Source: an uncultured Verrucomicrobiae bacterium
GTDB lineage: Bacteria > Verrucomicrobiota > Verrucomicrobiia > Limisphaerales > JAFGQR01
Length of the DNA stretch: 64,000 nt
Reading direction: 5' to 3'
Assembly: GCA_963788655.1 (NCBI GenBank)
Contig: CAWBHS010000011.1
Location: 32,001 to 96,000 of the forward strand
Part shown: positions 60,156 to 64,000 of the stretch, one piece after another
How the letters are laid out: each line of letters starts with the position of its first letter
Position numbering within the stretch: the first letter of the stretch is position 1
The notes under the pieces: generated by a model
Databases searched by the model: none
What the model was told of the DNA's origin: nothing
Seen by the model: the letters and a program-made list of their open reading frames with translations, nothing else
Translations under genes and position numbers: made by a program

Positions 60156-60343
60156 TGATCCGACGCTTTGACCGCAATGCGCGATAACTATCTGAAAGTG
60201 TCGCTGTGATGTCAGCCGCGGTAGTGCGTGCGGATGAAGGCATCCGCGCTCCAGAAAACGGTGACTATGGCGCCAGCATCAATGATGCGATGTCGTCTAC
60301 AGCCAGCCCTCCGGCCGACCCCGTCGCCAAGGTTCCCCCCGCT

Positions 60344-62698
60344 TCAAAAAACCTGCTCGTGGCTGACGGTACGCAGAGTGTCTCCCACCTTGATTTTCGC
60401 GTCGCCAAAGCCATGGAACACCCGCACGCGCCCCGACTGATTCAGCGGTTTGCCATCCAGGCTTCGTAGCGTAAACAGAGCGGGCGACTTGTAATTCACG
60501 CCGTTCCACTGAGTGGCATGGAAGGCCACAAACGTCGGCCCTTCAACCAAAAAACCGAACCGGGGCAGCGCCACTTCACCCCCCATCTTTGAGGTGTGGA
60601 ATTGCTCGCGAATCCCGGTGTTGATGATCACTTCGACCCGATCAGTTCCCTGTCCAAACACGGTGCGCTGCACGTTGCGATCCGCCGTGAGAAACACGTG
60701 TTCGGTCATGGGCATCTGCGCTGTCAATTCATTCAGCGGTGAAAGGATCTCGTAGGTGTTCTTCACAAAACGATCCAGCGGATGCAGGCCTTCGGTCCAG
60801 CCATTGTCGCCGCGGGTGAACAGTCCGGTATCCGAGTTTTGCTGGTCGGCGGGCTTCCGGGTTTGTTGCCAATAGAGGTGCGGCGGGATGCTGTGGTAAT
60901 TGAGCGGCCGGCCAATGCTGAGGTGATGGAGCACATACTCGGTGGATTTCGTGATGTCGTAACCGTACTTGCCATACAGGGCGATGCTGTCGCGATAAAC
61001 CAGTTCGAACAGGGGCACCACCACGCCCCCCACGCTGGCCAACAGCGTTTTGTTGTGGTAGTAGCTGCCGCTGACCCCAGTCAGGCCCTCAAAGAAATCG
61101 CTGTGCGGAATGGCCCATTCGCGACCACACTCGCTGCCGAAGATGCCGAAAACATCACGCGCGTAATCGGAGAGGATCTGCTTCCAGTGCAGGTCATCGA
61201 CGCGAGTCAGCGGATGTTCCTTGCTGAAACACTCGAACAACCCGGCTGCATACGTGGTGTCGATGAAATAGGCGTTAGCGTTGCAAAGCGTTTTGACCGC
61301 CGGCAGATTCTGCGGGCGGCGGGCCAGTTCGACCGCCTTTTGTGAGCAGGTAATGTAGGCGCGCCCGCCGGCCCAATGGCCGCCCGTTGTCAGCGTGCCG
61401 TCGGGATTGCGGTTGAGGAACGATTCATCCCAGGACGGCGCATCGCGGTACATGTCCTGGTAATTGTCGTGCAGGCAAAAGAGGTAACCCAATCCCATGA
61501 CCTGCCGGGCACAATCGGCAAAGGCCTGGTCGCCGCCGCACTCGGGCGCAGTAGGTAGAATGTCCGGGTGTTGATTGTCGTAGCCGCGGTGAATCCAGCC
61601 GCCCATGGTGAAGAGCACTTTGTCGAGTTTGAGATCGTGCTTGAGATGCTCGGCGATTTGCGCCGCTTCGGCGAACGTCCAGTTGACGCGCTTGCTGATT
61701 TCCTGCTGGCTGTCTTCGCTCATCCGGCGGCTGAGCAGGCTCCACAACTTGTAATTGATGGCGCCGAACAGTTTCGCGCGCGCGGGATTGGTTTTGAGCT
61801 TCTCCGACCAGGGCACATACCATCCCCGGGCTTTGGCCACGGATTGATAGGCTTTGGCAATGGTCACATAATCGCCCTGGCCAAGGAACTGGAGACGAAA
61901 TGAGTGGGCCGATTTGCGCAACACCAGCGACGTCGAAACTGCCTGCCGGCCCTTCAACCATGGAGCGGAAGTGACCATGCTTTTGATTTCAGCGGCGACA
62001 TACGGATCGTTCCACGTGACGAGGGCGGCAGCGCCGTTTTGAACGAGGCCGAGCATTTCCATGTGGCAACCTTCGTAGGCGTACGTGTCAAAACTGCGAG
62101 TGAAGCTGAGCCCGCTGTCGGCGGGAATCAACAGACCCAATCGCACCGGAACCACGACGTAACCTTTGGTATCATCGGTGACCCACACCGCATCATCCAG
62201 CAAACGAAGTTTCTCCACTGCCAGCGAGGGATCAGCGTCGTAGGTAAACTCCAAGGTCCGCTGATCTTCCAGCACTTGAATGCGGACCCGCAAACTCGCC
62301 GCCGGTTGGCTGGGCAAGGGTCGGAATGTGGCTTCCAGTTGGCCGGCAGTTTCCTTGATCTCGCACTTGGCCAGGGCGAGTGTCTTCGGCTGGCCGTTGA
62401 GTCTGACTGTCACGGCTCCGAACTGCGCTTGATAGGGATTGGAGCGCCAAGTCACATTCGCCTGTTTGTCCTGAATTTCGTAGCGACCGGTTTCGGGGGA
62501 GAGCGTCAACCGGAAGGACGGAGTTTCCAAAATAGCCGCGAGCAGGCAGCCGGGCGAAAGCAGAACGAACAATCCCAGCAGCAAGAGCAGCAGCGCGCCG
62601 GAGCCGCCCACGAAGCGGCTGCGTTGATGCGGTTTACCCTCCTGGGCAAACCCTGGCCAATTGGTGGGGTGCGACTGTTTGCCCGCCGAAGCCAGCAT
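60344..62698 (-). CDS. Secreted glycoside hydrolase-like protein (DUF5696 / GH101-GH129-like TIM barrel)
   Basis: Hydrophobic signal; GWIHRGYDNQHPD, LHDNYQDMY, YFIDTT, GSECG, VPLFELVY; start uncertain. Confidence 0.68.
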   Translation of the reverse strand: MLASAGKQSHPTNWPGFAQEGKPHQRSRFVGGSGALLLLLLGLFVLLSPGCLLAAILETPSFRLTLSPETGRYEIQDKQANVTWRSNPYQAQFGAVTVRLNGQPKTLALAKCEIKETAGQLEATFRPLPSQPAASLRVRIQVLEDQRTLEFTYDADPSLAVEKLRLLDDAVWVTDDTKGYVVVPVRLGLLIPADSGLSFTRSFDTYAYEGCHMEMLGLVQNGAAALVTWNDPYVAAEIKSMVTSAPWLKGRQAVSTSLVLRKSAHSFRLQFLGQGDYVTIAKAYQSVAKARGWYVPWSEKLKTNPARAKLFGAINYKLWSLLSRRMSEDSQQEISKRVNWTFAEAAQIAEHLKHDLKLDKVLFTMGGWIHRGYDNQHPDILPTAPECGGDQAFADCARQVMGLGYLFCLHDNYQDMYRDAPSWDESFLNRNPDGTLTTGGHWAGGRAYITCSQKAVELARRPQNLPAVKTLCNANAYFIDTTYAAGLFECFSKEHPLTRVDDLHWKQILSDYARDVFGIFGSECGREWAIPHSDFFEGLTGVSGSYYHNKTLLASVGGVVVPLFELVYRDSIALYGKYGYDITKSTEYVLHHLSIGRPLNYHSIPPHLYWQQTRKPADQQNSDTGLFTRGDNGWTEGLHPLDRFVKNTYEILSPLNELTAQMPMTEHVFLTADRNVQRTVFGQGTDRVEVIINTGIREQFHTSKMGGEVALPRFGFLVEGPTFVAFHATQWNGVNYKSPALFTLRSLDGKPLNQSGRVRVFHGFGDAKIKVGDTLRTVSHEQVF

Positions 62699-62864
62699 CT
62701 CGATGAAATTGGCTCGCGGTTTTTTCGGGTTGGTTTCGCCGGGCTTTGCGTGAGAAACCTCGTGTTTCTCCAGAGTGCGGCGCTTATCCGTCCATTTTCG
62801 TGCAGAACTCACGCGCGGAAGATTAGCACCCGCCCCGGGCCGGTCAATACCGCCGGTTCAGACA

Positions 62865-62953
62865 TTCTTGCGCTTGCTCTTGCGCTTGCTCTTGCGCTTG
62901 CTCCAGCTCTTGCTCCCCCACTGTTTTGGCCAATCGGGGAGCAAGCGCAAGAA
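62865..62953. repeat. Hexamer tandem repeat with inverted partner (hairpin-forming)
   Basis: (CTTGCGCTTGCT)x3 ... GGGGAGCAAGCGCAAGAA. Confidence 0.75.
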
Positions 62954-63020
62954 GATCGTCGAGGAATAGCGAGCTTGTTTACGTAAGCTGCTACCATCTT
63001 GTGACCGGCATCAAGCCAGA

Positions 63021-64000
63021 TCACCGGCGGCGGTATTGCAGGACGGCGGCCATTCCCACGTTGCCGCACTTGTCCACGGCTCGGAGCGCGATGAGGTCCG
63101 GCGGGGCTTGGCCCGCAATCTCCCGGGAGAATTCGCGCCCCGTCAGAATCGAGGTGGTCCAGGCCCGGTCGGTTTTGCTCTGCAACAACCACAGCCAGGC
63201 GGGTTCCGTGCCGGTAGATTGCCATGACAGCTTCACCCGTCCTGGCGTCTCGCTGGTCACGGCAAGTTGGGGGCGGCTCGGCGGTTGGTGATCCAACCAG
63301 GGGAACGCGGGAACCAGGGCTGGCTGGGTGTATATTTCTTTCTCCAAGCGGGTGGCAAAACCATTGCGATTTTCCATGAGCACTTTGGCGCTCCACAGAA
63401 GGTTGCCGTCGGCGCCGCTTTGTTTGCGGGTCAGCCGAATTTGGCTGGCCAATTCATACGGGCTGTGGCGGTAGGTGGAGATGCCCGGCCACAACTCGCG
63501 ATGCTTGACGTTTTGCCCCGCCCACCATTGCAACAAGACCGGAAAACTTTGTGCCTGCGCGCCGATGGCCCAATAAAGTTGCGGCGCAAAATAGTCCAGC
63601 CAGCCTTGCTGTAACCATTCTCGGGCGTCGGCATACAGCAACGCGTAGGCGTCAAAGCCTTTGATCTGTGCCGGGACGCCGGGTCGCCAGATGCCGAACG
63701 GGCTGATGCCCACCTTGACGGCGGGTTTCGCCGCCTTGACGGCTTGGTAGAGTTTCTGGATGAAGTTGTTTACGTTTTGCCGGCGCCAGGAATCGCGCTG
63801 CAACCGGCCGCCGCTGTCCAAGTAACGCTTCCTACTTGAGTAATCCGGGAACGCCAGCAAACCGCCCTTGGCATCGCGTTCCGGGTACGGGTAGAAATAG
63901 TCGTCCAGGTGAATGCCGTCGATATTGTAGCGTTTGACGACATCGAGAATGACCGCCTGGGAATGGCGTTGCACGTCCACTTCTCCCGGATCCAACCATT
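63021..64000 (-). CDS. GHL10 (YddW/DigH-like) glycoside hydrolase, 5'-truncated by the window edge
   Basis: YNIDGIHLDDYFYPY, VGISPFGIWRP, WLDYFAPQLYW; C-terminal FN3-like region. Confidence 0.88.
   Translation of the reverse strand, partial: WLDPGEVDVQRHSQAVILDVVKRYNIDGIHLDDYFYPYPERDAKGGLLAFPDYSSRKRYLDSGGRLQRDSWRRQNVNNFIQKLYQAVKAAKPAVKVGISPFGIWRPGVPAQIKGFDAYALLYADAREWLQQGWLDYFAPQLYWAIGAQAQSFPVLLQWWAGQNVKHRELWPGISTYRHSPYELASQIRLTRKQSGADGNLLWSAKVLMENRNGFATRLEKEIYTQPALVPAFPWLDHQPPSRPQLAVTSETPGRVKLSWQSTGTEPAWLWLLQSKTDRAWTTSILTGREFSREIAGQAPPDLIALRAVDKCGNVGMAAVLQYRRR

Noticed and set aside
1..64000. CRISPR array, tRNA or rRNA genes
   Set aside because: No regularly spaced direct repeats, cloverleaf/T-loop signatures or rRNA motifs were seen; the repeats present are inverted REP-type

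Overview
GC-rich (about 60%) bacterial chromosomal segment. Gene content (Tat-exported Gfo/Idh/MocA oxidoreductases, many secreted glycoside hydrolases, an RRM protein, PQQ-type propellers, a multiheme-TPR protein) suggests a Verrucomicrobiota/PVC organism; this is an inference. Housekeeping genes (recF, ymdB-like, xseA, apbE, coaX-birA-nadC, nnr, fhs) are interspersed with carbohydrate-active genes. Main points of interest: (1) A 7-gene minus-strand redox operon (23542->13276) joins three Tat-signal proteins (a ~78-aa four-Cys mini-protein, a CGCCNP NHL propeller, a polyferredoxin), a NapH-like membrane Fe-S protein and a membrane-anchored PQQ-type propeller to a cytoplasmic HydBC/Bfu-type NuoE-NuoF fusion and a GltD-like partner that has no hydrogenase or molybdopterin catalytic domain. 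(2) A ~310-nt ORF-less group II intron-like RNA sits 12 nt ahead of a low-GC orphan sugar epimerase/reductase. (3) An unassigned, highly structured ~280-nt RNA candidate lies between nadC and nnr. (4) Several families of GTAG REP/REPIN elements occur, four of which supply a gene's TAG stop codon, along with an IS200/RAYT-type transposase remnant. (5) Nine single-base frameshifts are present; most of the seven +1 insertions sit on GTAC or near-GTAC words, which suggests read errors at a modified GTAC motif rather than real pseudogenes. No rRNA, tRNA or CRISPR array was seen. All family assignments come from motif reading, not database searches.
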